This document shows positions 1 through 11,300 of a DNA stretch of 64,000 nt, piece by piece. Within the stretch, counting starts at the first letter, position 1; the number at the start of each line of letters is the position of its first letter. Origin of the DNA: Eledone cirrhosa (Eukaryota); assembly GCA_964016885.1 (NCBI GenBank), contig OZ024748.1:46252001-46316000 (forward strand), written 5' to 3'. The notes beneath the pieces were generated by a model. It did no database searches, was not told the DNA's origin, and saw only the letters and a list, made by a program, of their open reading frames with translations. Made by a program: the position numbers and the translations under genes.

Positions 1-172
1 AGAGAAGGATTTTATCGAGGTATTTACGACCGTTTCAAAATAGTGACTCACTATTTTGAAAATTTGGACGTGAACAACTATTATAATTGAGTGGCTGCTA
101 TTTGCAGTATAGCAATATAAGGTTGCACTTACCAATGAAACGGTCGTAAATACCTGGATAAAATCCTTCTCT
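1..172. mobile_element. MITE with 37-bp terminal inverted repeats, possibly PIF/Harbinger (Tourist)-like
   Basis: 1-37 AGAGAAGGATTTTATCGAGGTATTTACGACCGTTTCA matches the reverse complement of 136-172 with one mismatch. Followed by TAA (173-175); the left flank lies outside the window, so the TSD cannot be confirmed. Confidence 0.7.
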
Positions 173-216
173 TAATGCTTACCTGTGTTTTCTCTTTTAT
201 ACTATATATATATCTA

Positions 217-901
217 TATAAAGAATTAGTATATCTACCAACATATTTATACAGAAGTATACTTATGCTAGCAAGATATAGGTTTTGTCTTAGTAACTTT
301 GTGGTTCAATACAAAAATGTAGAACAATTATATGAAAGACGTAAAATAAGAAAATTATAATAATTAACTTACTTACTTAAGTTTCACTCCAACTAATTAG
401 TTTCTGAAAGGGCATATACATAGTGTTCAAAACCATGGAGAATTCCTTTCTTCATCAGGGAGTCAATTCTCTGCTAACATCCCTGGCGATAGGCGGACAC
501 AGGGATCTCAAACAAAAATAATTCAGTGAATGGAAAAGAAGCAAGCGCGGACTAAATTTCAAGACACTGAAAATTTCACTGCCTTCCCGGTCAGTGGCAA
601 ATTCAAAAGAATCAATCACGCGACATCGAGGTTAATCAGTGAGGAGTGGGGTATTAAAAAGACAGTAGCCAAAATATTACTATGAATCATAGCAGTAATT
701 CAGGCAAATTTTGGCTCAACAAATAATTTGGAGATAATTATAAAGAATTAGTATATCTACCAACATATTTATACAGAAGTATACTTATGCTAGCAAGATA
801 TATGTTTTGTCTTAGTAACTTTGTGGTTCAAAACAAAAATGTAGAACAATTATATGAAAGACGAAAAATAAGAAAATTACAATAATTAACTTACTTACTT
901 A
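217..901. repeat. 163-bp direct repeat pair (217-379 and 739-901) flanking a 359-bp unique segment
   Basis: Both copies run TATAAAGAATTAGTATATCTACC...AATTAACTTACTTACTTA with about 4 substitutions; offset 522 bp. Confidence 0.9.
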
Positions 902-983
902 TTTACTCCAGTAAACTGTTGAGTGCTCTAAATCAGTTATAAACATTTATATTTGTCGGACTTCCAACAAATTAAATACCACT

Positions 984-989
<6 letters not shown>

Positions 990-1055
<66 letters not shown>
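990..1055. repeat. (TA)n microsatellite
   Basis: Direct reading. Confidence 0.98.
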
Positions 1056-1057
<2 letters not shown>

Positions 1058-1200
1058 CAAGTTTGTTTAGAAACAGAGAGCGAGTTTGAAAATAGAAATA
1101 GAAGCTTTCGCTGTATTTTTGGCAACAGAAATCTTAGCCTGATAGTGGGGCTTAGAACCCACTAAGACATGGAATATATATATAACAAAATGTAATACAG

Positions 1201-1294
1201 AAATGGCTTCTACAGACTAGAACCGTTTCATTGGAAGGAAATCATCTGGAAAGCCCTTCGAATAAAACATTTCTAGTTCTGTAGAAGCCATTTC
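1201..1294. repeat. Inverted repeat/hairpin with ~22-bp arms (AAATGGCTTCTACAGA-CTAGAA ... TTCTAGTTCTGTAGAAGCCATTT)
   Basis: Arms 1201-1222 and ~1271-1293 are reverse complements with a 1-nt indel; weaker pairing extends ~20 bp further out. Confidence 0.8.
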
Positions 1295-1376
1295 CATATT
1301 AAATGTTGTTGTATACACTCTACCAATGTAATGAGTACCTCACTTATTGTGGGTACCCCCGATTGAACCTGGGACT

Positions 1377-1379
<3 letters not shown>

Positions 1380-1438
<59 letters not shown>
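1380..1438. repeat. (TA)n microsatellite
   Basis: Direct reading. Confidence 0.98.
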
Positions 1439-1439
<1 letters not shown>

Positions 1440-2169
1440 CTTTTATAGAGGACAATATTACAGGAAATTTTGGTGGAATTGAGGTACAATTGTTTTGTTA
1501 GCCATTTCGCTTCACTGAGGCGAGGTTCTAGTTCGTCAGCCTACATTGTAATCCGTTGTAATGGTTGAGGTCTGTTTCTTCAAATATGGAAGAGTTCCAA
1601 ATGAGATGATGTAACACATATTCCTACATAGGGAGGGTGTAGTAGGATAATATATACATTAGAAAGTAAAAGCAAGGGGGGTAATTCTATAAGTTGTTAG
1701 AGAAATAAATATAGTTTGACTTTGATGAGTTAATAGATGATAAATATTGGAGAAACATGGTATCAAAATTGTGGAAAAGAAAGAGATAATGTTTGTAGAG
1801 TGCAATGTGATTAGATGGTATCAGTAGTCAGTGGATGATATCCATGGTATCCAGAGAATTTATCCTGGTGTGGATGGTATTTTTCAGTTCTTGAGTCTAC
1901 TTTTGTAAATGTGGCGGCAGCGATTTACGAAATCTTCCCTCGTGTTCAGACAGTATGTTGTGTATCTTTTACTTTTTGGTGTACCACCATCTTTCCTTTC
2001 TACTAATCCACCAAACTATTGTTCGTCGCTCTAACTGCTTCAGCTAATTTACCAACGTTTTATAAGAACCTTATTTATAATACCCCCACGTCACAGTTTC
2101 CGAGACTGTGGCGATTCTCCCTATGTTAACTTCCATAATGAAAAATATGTTTATTTTCAATATAGACAT

Positions 2170-2345
2170 AATTAAAAAAGAAGGGGAAATAAAGGGAAAG
2201 AAAGAATAAGGAAATATAGGAAAACAAATTATAGGAAAAAAAAGAGGAGAGAAAGAAAGCAGAAAAAGATCGGGTGAAGGGAGGAGATGGCAAGAGCTCT
2301 GATGTCGCAGATGAGAGAAGAGGGGTGAAGGAGGGAGGGTGATTG
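2170..2345. repeat. Purine-rich (GA/GGA) low-complexity tract
   Basis: Strongly A/G-biased plus strand. Confidence 0.6.
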
Positions 2346-2445
2346 GGCTTTGGGCCTAGGGCAACATCTCTCTTTTCGCTCTGAATTGGGTGAACAAACA
2401 AGCAACAAACGAAGGAATATATGAATATATAAATACGAAACTTAC

Positions 2446-2763
2446 CTCTGACGAGTTGAGGGTATCGCTAGGGTGGAGATCTCTCCATGTGGCAACCAAT
2501 GCCCACGTAGCGTGGAAATTCGAAATATTTAAGCAAAGTGAGATGTCGTTTAGAAAGACTCCTTCTTCTTTGGTGCGTTGACGCATCGGGGGCCACATTT
2601 CGTAGACGTCATAAAACACGGCACTAGACGAGCGTTTCCTGGTCACTCCGTCTGCCCAAAATGGTGCAATGATTACTTCGTCATCCTCACCGACTTCTTT
2701 CTTAGGTAGCTTGTTGATTTTATATCCATCTTGTTTTATTATCAGGAAACCATCGGTGTGAAT
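2446..2763 (-). CDS. Mucin gene exon: NIDO-type domain, IHTDGFLIIKQDGYKINKLPKKEVGEDDEVIIAPFWADGVTRKRSSSAVFYDVYEMW...NFHATWALVATWRDLHPSDTLNSSE
   Basis: Acceptor TTTCCTTTTGTTTAG (AG at 2765-2764) and donor GTAAGT (from 2445). 318 bp = 106 codons, phase 0/0. Contains the IAPFWAD and F.ATWALVATW motifs characteristic of NIDO-region proteins (nidogen, MUC4, SUSD2, alpha-tectorin). Overlaps track ORF 2356..2646(-). Confidence 0.92.
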
Positions 2764-2841
2764 CTAAACAAAAGGAAAGCAGAATTGATTTTCATTTAAC
2801 GTATCTGTATGTATGTGCTAGACAGAAAGCCTGTATTTTAA

Positions 2842-3855
2842 CCATTTAGCATTTAAACCGGCCGTATCTGGCCAGAATCATCTCACCCCTTTCTGTTCAA
2901 ACCGGTTGTAACCGGCCGCTCATACTGATGTTAAGGTTTTGTTCTCAAAATAAATAACATCAACATCATGTAGCTTAAATATTATGAGAGATATTATGTA
3001 AAATTAACACGAAAATACAATAGTATATATAGAGTAGTGTAGATGTTATGTGAGATATTATGTAAGATAAAGCCTTTACCATGAAAATACAATAGTATAT
3101 AGAGACTAATGTAAATGTTATGTGAGATAACTATGTAAGCTAAAGCCTTTACCATGAAAATACAATAGTATATATAGAGTAATGTAAATGTTATGTGAGA
3201 TAACTATGTAAGGTAAAGCCTTTACCATGAAAATACAATAGTATATAGAGAGTAATGTAAATGCTATGTGAGATAACTATGTAAGATAAAGCCTTTACCA
3301 GGAAAATACAATAGTATATAGAGAGTAATGTAAATGTTATGTGAGATAACTATGTAAGATAAAGCCTTTACCATGAAAATACAATAGTATATAGAGAGTA
3401 ATGTAAATGTTATGTGAGATAACTATGTAAGATAAAGCCTTTACCATGAAAATACAATAGTATATATAGAGTAATGTAAATGTTATGTGGGATAACTATG
3501 TAAGGTAAAGCCTTTACCATGAAAATACAATAGTATATATAGAGTAATGTAAATGTTATGTGGGATAACTATGTAAGGTAAAGCCTTTACCATGAAAATA
3601 CAATAGTATATATAGAGTAATGTAAATGTTATATGAGATAACTATGTAAGATAAAGCCTTTACCATGAAAATACAATAGTATATAGAGAGTAATGTAAAT
3701 GTTATGTGGGATAACTATGTAAGGTAAAGCCTTTACCATGAAAATACAATAGTATATATAGAGTAATGTAAATGTTATATGAGATAACTATGTAAGATAA
3801 AGCCTTTACCATGAAAATACAATAGTATATATAGAGTAATGTAAATGCTAAGGGG
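2842..3855. mobile_element. Non-autonomous piggyBac-like DNA transposon (TTAA target-site duplication, ~14-bp TIRs) carrying an internal minisatellite
   Basis: TTAA(2838-2841)-CCATTTAGCATTTA ... TAAATGCTAAGGGG-TTAA(3856-3859); TIRs match 12/14; CC...GG ends within TTAA are the piggyBac signature; no transposase ORF. Confidence 0.75.
2985..3848. repeat. 73-bp minisatellite, about 12 copies
   Basis: GCCTTTACC recurs at 3072, 3145, 3218, 3291, 3364, 3437, 3510, 3583, 3656, 3729 and 3802, plus a degenerate first unit. Confidence 0.95.
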
Positions 3856-4276
3856 TTAACATAGGAGTGAGATATCTTGCATAAGTGTACATCTTTTGGG
3901 GACAAGTTTTGGGGCAAGTTTATTCTTAACTCTTCGGAGTTCCAAAGGACCTTGATTTATATGGTTTGAACCGGGTCTGTCGCCTAGATGGGAGTAGGGG
4001 TCACTGGTTGACATTACCTAACTTCTTTACACTGACGTAGCCTCGGGTTTAGAAAACAGAATTTATAAAACGTGTCCTGAAATAAGGTCTCTCAACTCTT
4101 GACATTACTAACATGTTTTCACACAGGAACAAAGAATAAAAATCGAAGGTAAAAAGAGCCAAAACAATAAACGCGAAGCATTTTCTTCGAGGCTCTACAG
4201 ATTTTGTCAGTTCACCGCTTTCATTCTTTATGAATAGTGAAGCGCCCCCTTTCTTGTGCCGCCAAAAAATAATTGT

Positions 4277-4455
4277 TTCTACCTTTGGCACAAGGCCAGC
4301 AATTACTCAAGTACATTACTGGTAATTTATTTTATCGACTCCGTAAGGATGAAAGGGAAAGTTAACCTCGACGGGATTTGACCTCAGACCATAAAGGGAC
4401 GTAACTATGCTGGAAAGCATGGCGTCCGACCCTCTACCGATACTGCCAATTCACC
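4277..4455 (-). mobile_element. tRNA-derived SINE, resembling Octopus SINE families
   Basis: Minus strand starts GGTGAATTGGCAGTATCGGTAGAG (A-box-like) with a B-box-like GAGGTCAAATCCC. The body (plus CTGGTAATTTATTTTATCGACTCCGTAAGGATGAAAGGGAAAGTTAACCTCG) resembles, from memory, abundant octopod SINEs; not database-checked. Confidence 0.7.
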
Positions 4456-4513
4456 TGATAAAGAACAGATGGAAGAAGAGTAGGGAAGGAGAAAGTAGAG
4501 GCTTATCACTTAC

Positions 4514-4656
4514 CCAAATCCGTTTCCAAACAGTATCCTTTGATACCATAGCTGGGAACCCTACTTCACATATGATCGGGTCACTGATGACGTCATCACC
4601 TTTAATGAGCCTCTTAGACAGTCCGGCGTTGGTGGACGACCCATATGGTAAAAGTC
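4514..4656 (-). CDS. Mucin gene exon: start of NIDO-type domain, (R)LLPYGSSTNAGLSKRLIKGDDVISDPIICEVGFPAMVSKDTVWKRIW
   Basis: Polypyrimidine tract plus CAG acceptor (TTTCTCTCTTCTTCAACCAG, AG at 4658-4657) and GTAAGT donor (4513-4508). 143 bp = 2 nt + 47 codons, in frame with the phase-1 upstream donor. The LxPYG...GDD..S.PI...FP pattern is typical of the lead-in to NIDO domains. Confidence 0.88.
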
Positions 4657-4720
4657 CTGGTTGAAGAAGAGAGAAACAAAAAAATATAATACAAAAACAT
4701 TGCTTTACTGACCGAATAAG

Positions 4721-4722
<2 letters not shown>

Positions 4723-4788
<66 letters not shown>
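4723..4788. repeat. Compound (TA)n(TG)n microsatellite
   Basis: Direct reading. Confidence 0.97.
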
Positions 4789-5388
4789 CCGTGTCTAAGT
4801 GTTGAAAAATAATGCCAAATTCTGCTAACTATATCATATTTGAATTTACACATGTTTCATCCTTAATATAAGTGTTCCACAGAATTAAATAAGATATAAC
4901 TACCTGGAATACAACATTCCGTCCAATAATACATCATACCAGAGCATTGTTCACATTTTAAAGAAAGACTGCATCATACTAGGAACTAGTACTTATCACG
5001 AGAATCACAAATATAATTATTCACATAGGCTCCCAAAGAAAAGTTATTCACAGGGACCCCCAAACGAATAAGCACACATTATATGAATATTCTAATCATA
5101 GTTATAAGCAATATATCTTTTTTACACAATAAATTCAGTATGTGTGTGTGTGAATATAATCACACACACAAACAAATGTGTATATATATAAATATGCATG
5201 TGTGAAGTAAAAACATCTACACAATAATTCAAATAACACCACAGACTACAAAAAAATGGCGATGGAGAATAAAAAGCAAATGCCCAAGATACAGTTCGGA
5301 AACGGAGTGTGTAAGCAAAGGTCAGGAATAAATAGAGTACATTTCAAAGAACACACCTATATGAGCGAATATATAATTCTACACTTAC

Positions 5389-8300
5389 GGATTCTAGGAA
5401 AGGGAGTCGTTGTCTTCAGTACTTCTGTTGTAATAGTGGTGGGCACGGTTGTGGTTGTTATTGGTATAGTGGTTGTTATTGGTAATGTAGTGGTGGTTGT
5501 TGGTAGTGTAGAGGTGGTTGTTGGTAGTGTAGTGTTGGTAGTTGGTAGTGTAGTGGTTGTTCTTGGTAGTGTAGTGGTTGTTGTTGGTAGTGTAGTGTTG
5601 GTAGTTGGTACTGTAGTGGTTGCTGTCGGTAGTGTAGTGGTTGCTGTTGGTAGTGTAGTGGTGGTTGTTGGTAGTGTAGTGGTTGCTGTTGGTTGTGTAG
5701 TGGTTGTTGTTGGTAGTGTAGTGGCTGCTGTTGGTAGTGTAGTGGTTGTTGTTGGTAGTGTAGTGGTTGTTGTTGGTAGTGTAGTGGTGGTTGTTGGTAG
5801 TGTAGTGGTTGCTGTTGGTAGTGTAGTGGTTGTTGTTGGTAGTGTAGTGGTTGTTGTTGGTAGTGTAGTGGTTGTTGTTGATAGTGTAGTGGCTGCTGTT
5901 GGTAGTGTAGTGGTTGTTGTTGGTAGTGTAGTGGTTGTTGTTGGTAGTGTAGTGGTGGTTGTTGGTAGTGTAGTGGTTGCTGTTGGTAGTGTAGTGGTTG
6001 TTGTTGGTAGTGTAGTGGTTGTTGTTGATAGTGTAGTGGGTGCTGTTGGTAGTGTAGTGGTTGTTATTGGTAGTGTAGTGGTTGTTGTTGGTAGTGTAGT
6101 GGTTGTTGTTGGTATTGTAGTGGTTGTTGTTGGTAGTGTAGTGGTTATTGTTGTTGGTAGTGTAGTGGTTGTTGTTGGTAGTGTAGTTGTTGTTGTTGGT
6201 AGTGTAGTTGTTGTTATTGGTAGTGTAGTTGTTGTTGTTGGTAGTGTAGTGGTGGTTGTTGGTAGTGTAGTGGTTGTTGTTGGTAGTGTAGTGGTTGTTG
6301 TTGGTAGTGTAGTGGTTGTTGTTGGTAGTGTAGTGGTTGTTGTTGGTAGTGTAGTGGTTGTTGTTGGTAGTGTAGTGGTTGTTGTTGGTAGTGTAGTAGT
6401 TGTTGTTGGTAGTGTAGTGGTTGTTGTTGGTAGTGTAGTAGTTGTTGTTGGTAGTGTAGTGGTTGTTGTTGGTAGTGTAGTGGTGGTTGTTGGTAGTGTA
6501 GTGGTGGTTGTTGTTGGTAGTGTAGTGGTTGTTGTTGGTAGTGTAGTGGTTGTTGTTGGTAGTGTAGTGGTTGTTGTTGGTAGTGTAGTGGTTGTTGTTG
6601 TTGGTAGTGTAGTGGTTGTTGTTGGTAGTGTAGTGGTGGTTGTTGTTGTTAGTGTAGTGGTTGTTGTTGGTAGTGTAGTGGTTGTTGTTGGTAGTGTAGT
6701 GGTTGTTGTTGGTAGTGTAGTGGTTGTTGTTGGTAGTGTAGTGGTGGTTGTTGGTAGTGTAGTGGTTGTTGTTGGTAGTGTAGTGGTTGTTGTTGGTAGT
6801 GTAGTGGTTGTTGTTGGTAGTGTAGTGGTGGTTGTTGTTGGTAGTGTAGTGGTTGTTGTTGGTAGTATAGTGGTGGTTGTTGTTGGTAGTGTAGTGGTTG
6901 TTGTTGGTAGTGTAGTGGTTGTTGTTGGTAGTGTAGTGGTTGTTGTTGGTAGTGTAGTGGTTGTAGTTGGTAGTGTAGTGGTGGTTGTTGGTAGTGTAGT
7001 GGTTGTTGTTGGTAGTGTAGTGGTTGTTGTTGGTAGTGTAGTGGTTGTTGTTGGTAGTGTAGTGGTGGTTGTTGTTGGTAGTGTAGTGGTTGTTGTTGGT
7101 AGTGTAGTGGTTGTTGTTGGTAGTGTAGTGGTTGTAGTTGGTAGTGTAGTGGTGGTTGTTGGTAGTGTAGTGGTTGTTGTTGGTAGTGTAGTGGTTGTTG
7201 TTGGTAGTGTAGTGGTTGTTGTTGGTAGTGTAGTGGTTGTAGTTGGTAGTGTAGTGGTGGTTGTTGGTAGTGTAGTGGTTGTTGTTGGTAGTGTAGTGGT
7301 TGTTGTTGGTAGTGTAGTGGTTGTTGCTGTTGGTAGTGTAGTGGTTGTTGTTGGTAGTGTAGAGGTGGTTGTTGGTAGTGTAGTGTTGGTAGTTGGTAGT
7401 GTAGTGGTTGTTCTTGGTAGTGTAGTGGTTGTTGTTGGTAGTGTAGAGGTAGTTGTTAGTACTGTAGTGGTTGCTGTCGGTAGTGTAGTGGTGGTTGTTG
7501 GTAGTGTAGTGGTTGTTGTTGGTAGTGTAGAGGTAGTTGTTGGTAGTGTAGTGGTGGTTGTTGGTAGTGTAGTGGTTGTTGTTGGTAGTGTAGTGGTGGT
7601 TGTTGTTGGTAGTGTAGTGGTTGTTGTTGGTAGTGTAGTGGTTGTTGTTGGTAGTGTCGTGGTGGTTGTTGTTGGTAGTGTAGTGGTTGTTGTTGGTAGT
7701 GTAGTGGTTGTTGTTGGTAGTGTAGTGGTGGTTGTTGTTGGTAGTGTAGTGGTTGTTGTTGGTAGTGTAGTGGTTGTAGTTGGTAGTGTAGTGGTTGTTG
7801 TTGGTAGTGTAGTGGTTGTTGTTGGTAGTGTAGTGGTTGTTGTTGGTAGTGTAGTGGTTGTTGTTGGTAGTGTAGTGGTTGTTGTTGGTAGTGTAGTGGT
7901 TGCTGTTGGTAGTGTAGTGGTTGTTGTTGGTAGTGTAGTGGTGGTTGTTGTTGGTAGTGTAGTGGTTGTTGTTGGTAATGTAGTGGTTGTTGTTGGTAGT
8001 GTAGTGGTTGTTGTTGGTAGTGTAGTGGTTGCTGTTGGTAGTGTAGTGGTTGTTCTTGGTAGTGTAGTGGTTGTTGTTGGTAGTGTAGTGGTGGTTGTTG
8101 TTGGTAGTGTAGTGGTTGTTGTTGGTAGTGTAGTGGTTGTTGTGGGTAGTGTAGTGGTTGTTGTTGGTAGTGTAGTGGTTGTTGTTGGTAGTGTAGTGGT
8201 TGTAGTAGGTAGTGTAGTGGTGGTTGTTGGTAGTGTAGTGGTTGTTGTTGGTAGTGTAGTGGTTGTTGTTGGTAGTGTAGTGGTGGTTGTTGTTGGTAGT

Positions 8301-11300
8301 GTAGTGGTTGTTGTTGGTAGTGTAGTGGTTGTTGTTGGTAGTGTAGTGGTTGTAGTTGGTAGTGTAGTGGTGGTTGTTGGTAGTGTAGTGGTTGTTGTTG
8401 GTAGTGTAGTGGTTATTGTTGGTAGTGTAGTAGTTGTTGTTGTTGGTAGTGTAGTGGTTGTTGTTGGTAGTGTAGTGGTTGTTGTTGGTAGTGTAGTGGT
8501 CGTTGTTGGTAGTGTAGTGGTTGCTGTTGGTAGTGTAGTGGTTGTTGTTGGTAGTGTAGTGGTTGTTGTTGGTAGTGTAGTGGTTGTTGTTGTTGGTAGT
8601 GTAGTGGTTGTTGTTGGTAGTGTAGTAGTTGTTGTTGTTGGTAGTGTAGTGGTTGTTGTTGTTGGTAGTGTAGTGCTTGTTGTTGGTAGTGTTGTGGATG
8701 TTGTTGGTAGTGTAGAGGTAGTTGTTGTTAGTGTAGTTGTTGTTGTTGTTGGTAGTGTAGTGGTTGTTGTTGGTAGTGTAGTGGTTGTTGTTGGTAGTGT
8801 AGTGGTCGTTGTTGGTAGTGTAGTGGTTGCTGTTGGTAGTGTAGTGGTTGTTGTTGGTAGTGTAGTGGTTGTTGTTGGTAGTGTAGTGGTTGTTGTTGTT
8901 GGTAGTGTAGTGGTTGTTGTTGCTATTGTAGTGATTGTTGTTGGTAGTGTAGTGGTTGTTGGTAGTGTAGTGGTGGTTGCTGGTAGTGTAGAGGTTGTTG
9001 TTGGTAGTGTAGTGGTTGTTGTTGGTATTGTAGTGATTGTTGTTGGTAGTGTAGTGGTTGTTGGTAGTGTAGTGGTGGTTGTTGGTAGTGTAGTGGTTGT
9101 TGTTGGTAGTGTAGTGGTTGTTGGTAGTGTAGTGGTGGTTGTTGGTAGTGTAGTGGTTGTTGTTGGTAGTGTAGTGGTGGTTGTTGTTGGTAATGTAGTG
9201 GTTGTTGTTGGTAGTGTAGTGGTTGTTGTTGGTAGTGTAGGGGTTGTTATTGGTAGTGTAGTGGTGGTTGTTGGTAGTGTAGTGGTTGTTGTTGGTAGTG
9301 TAGAGGTTGTTGTTGGTATTGTAGTGGTTGTTTTTGGTAGTGTAGTGGTTGTTGTTGGTATTGTAGTGGTTGTTGTTGGTAGTGTAGTAGTGGTTGTTGG
9401 TAGTGTAGTGGTTGTTGTTAGTAGTGTAGTGGTTGTTGTTGGTAGTGTAGTGGTTGTTGTTGGTAGTGTAGTGGTGGTTGTTGGTAGTGTAGTGGTTGTT
9501 GTTGGTAGTGTAGTTGTTGTTGTTGGTAGTGTAGTGGTTGTTGTTGGTAGTGTAGTGGTTGTTGTTGGTAGTGTAGTGGTGGTTGTTGGTAGTGTAGAGT
9601 TTGTTGTTGGTAGTGTAGTGGTGGTTGTTGGTAGTGTAGTGGTGGTTGTTGGTAGTGTAGTGGTTGTTGTTGGTAGTGTAGTGGTGGTTGTTGGTAGTGT
9701 AGTGGTTGTTGGTAGTGTAGTCGTTGATGTCGGTAGTGTAGTGGTTGTTGTTGGTAGTGTAGAGGTTGTTGTTGGTAGTGTAGAGGTTGTTGTTGTTGGT
9801 AGTGTAGTGGTTGTTGTTGGTATTGTAGTGGTGGTTGTTGGTAGTGTAGTGGTTGTTGTTGGTAGTGTAGTGGTTGTTGGTAGTGTAGTGGTGGTTGTTG
9901 GTAGAGTAGTGGTTGTTGTTGGTAGTGTAGTGGTTGTTGGTAGTGTAGTGGTGGTTGTTGATAGTGTAGTGGTTGTTGTTGGTAGTGTAGTGGTTGTTGT
10001 TGGTAGTGTAGTGGTTGTTGTTGTTAGTGTAGTAGTGGTTGTTGGTAGTGTAGTGGTTGTTGTTGGTAGTGTAGTGGTTGTTGTTGGTAGAGTAGTGGTG
10101 GTTTTTGGTAGTGTAGTGGTTGTTGATGGTATTGTAGTGGTTGTTATTGGTAGTGAAGTGGTTGTTGTTGGTAGTGTAGTGGTTATTGTTGGTAGTGTAG
10201 TAGTTGTTGTTGTTGGTAGTGTAGTGGTTGTTGTTGGTAGTGTAGTGGTTGTTGTTGGTAGTGTAGTGGTCGTTGTTGGTAGTGTAGTGGTTGCTGTTGG
10301 TAGTGTAGTGGTTGTTGTTGGTAGTGTAGTGGTTGTTGTTGGTAGTGTAGTGGTTGTTGTTGTTGGTAGTGTAGTGGTTGTTGTTGGTAGTGTAGTAGTT
10401 GTTGTTGTTGGTAGTGTAGTGGTTGTTGTTGTTGGTAGTGTAGTGCTTGTTGTTGGTAGTGTTGTGGATGTTGTTGGTAGTGTAGAGGTAGTTGTTGTTA
10501 GTGTAGTTGTTGTTGTTGTTGGTAGTGTAGTGGTTGTTGTTGGTAGTGTAGTGGTTGTTGTTGGTAGTGTAGTGGTCGTTGTTGGTAGTGTAGTGGTTGC
10601 TGTTGGTAGTGTAGTGGTTGTTGTTGGTAGTGTAGTGGTTGTTGTTGGTAGTGTAGTGGTTGTTGTTGTTGGTAGTGTAGTGGTTGTTGTTGCTATTGTA
10701 GTGATTGTTGTTGGTAGTGTAGTGGTTGTTGGTAGTGTAGTGGTGGTTGCTGGTAGTGTAGAGGTTGTTGTTGGTAGTGTAGTGGTTGTTGTTGGTATTG
10801 TAGTGATTGTTGTTGGTAGTGTAGTGGTTGTTGGTAGTGTAGTGGTGGTTGTTGGTAGTGTAGTGGTTGTTGTTGGTAGTGTAGTGGTTGTTGGTAGTGT
10901 AGTGGTGGTTGTTGGTAGTGTAGTGGTTGTTGTTGGTAGTGTAGTGGTGGTTGTTGTTGGTAATGTAGTGGTTGTTGTTGGTAGTGTAGTGGTTGTTGTT
11001 GGTAGTGTAGTGGTTGTTATTGGTAGTGTAGTGGTGGTTGTTGGTAGTGTAGTGGTTGTTGTTGGTAGTGTAGAGGTTGTTGTTGGTATTGTAGTGGTTG
11101 TTTTTGGTAGTGTAGTGGTTGTTGTTGGTATTGTAGTGGTTGTTGTTGGTAGTGTAGTAGTGGTTGTTGGTAGTGTAGTGGTTGTTGTTAGTAGTGTAGT
11201 GGTTGTTGTTGGTAGTGTAGTGGTTGTTGTTGGTAGTGTAGTGGTGGTTGTTGGTAGTGTAGTGGTTGTTGTTGGTAGTGTAGTTGTTGTTGTTGGTAGT

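Noticed and set aside
1-2445. Expected next NIDO exon (NTFQ.VL.TDG motif)
   Set aside because: No such motif with splice sites found by eye; probably lies left of the window
2985-3848. 73-bp array as a CRISPR locus
   Set aside because: Units are contiguous and near-identical with no unique spacers, no cas genes, and a eukaryotic intronic context
175-4853. Short track ORFs (YIYI-containing, Phe/Ser-rich, minisatellite-derived, or antisense to exons)
   Set aside because: Products of microsatellites, low-complexity tracts or exon antisense strands; only 2356..2646(-) overlaps a real exon
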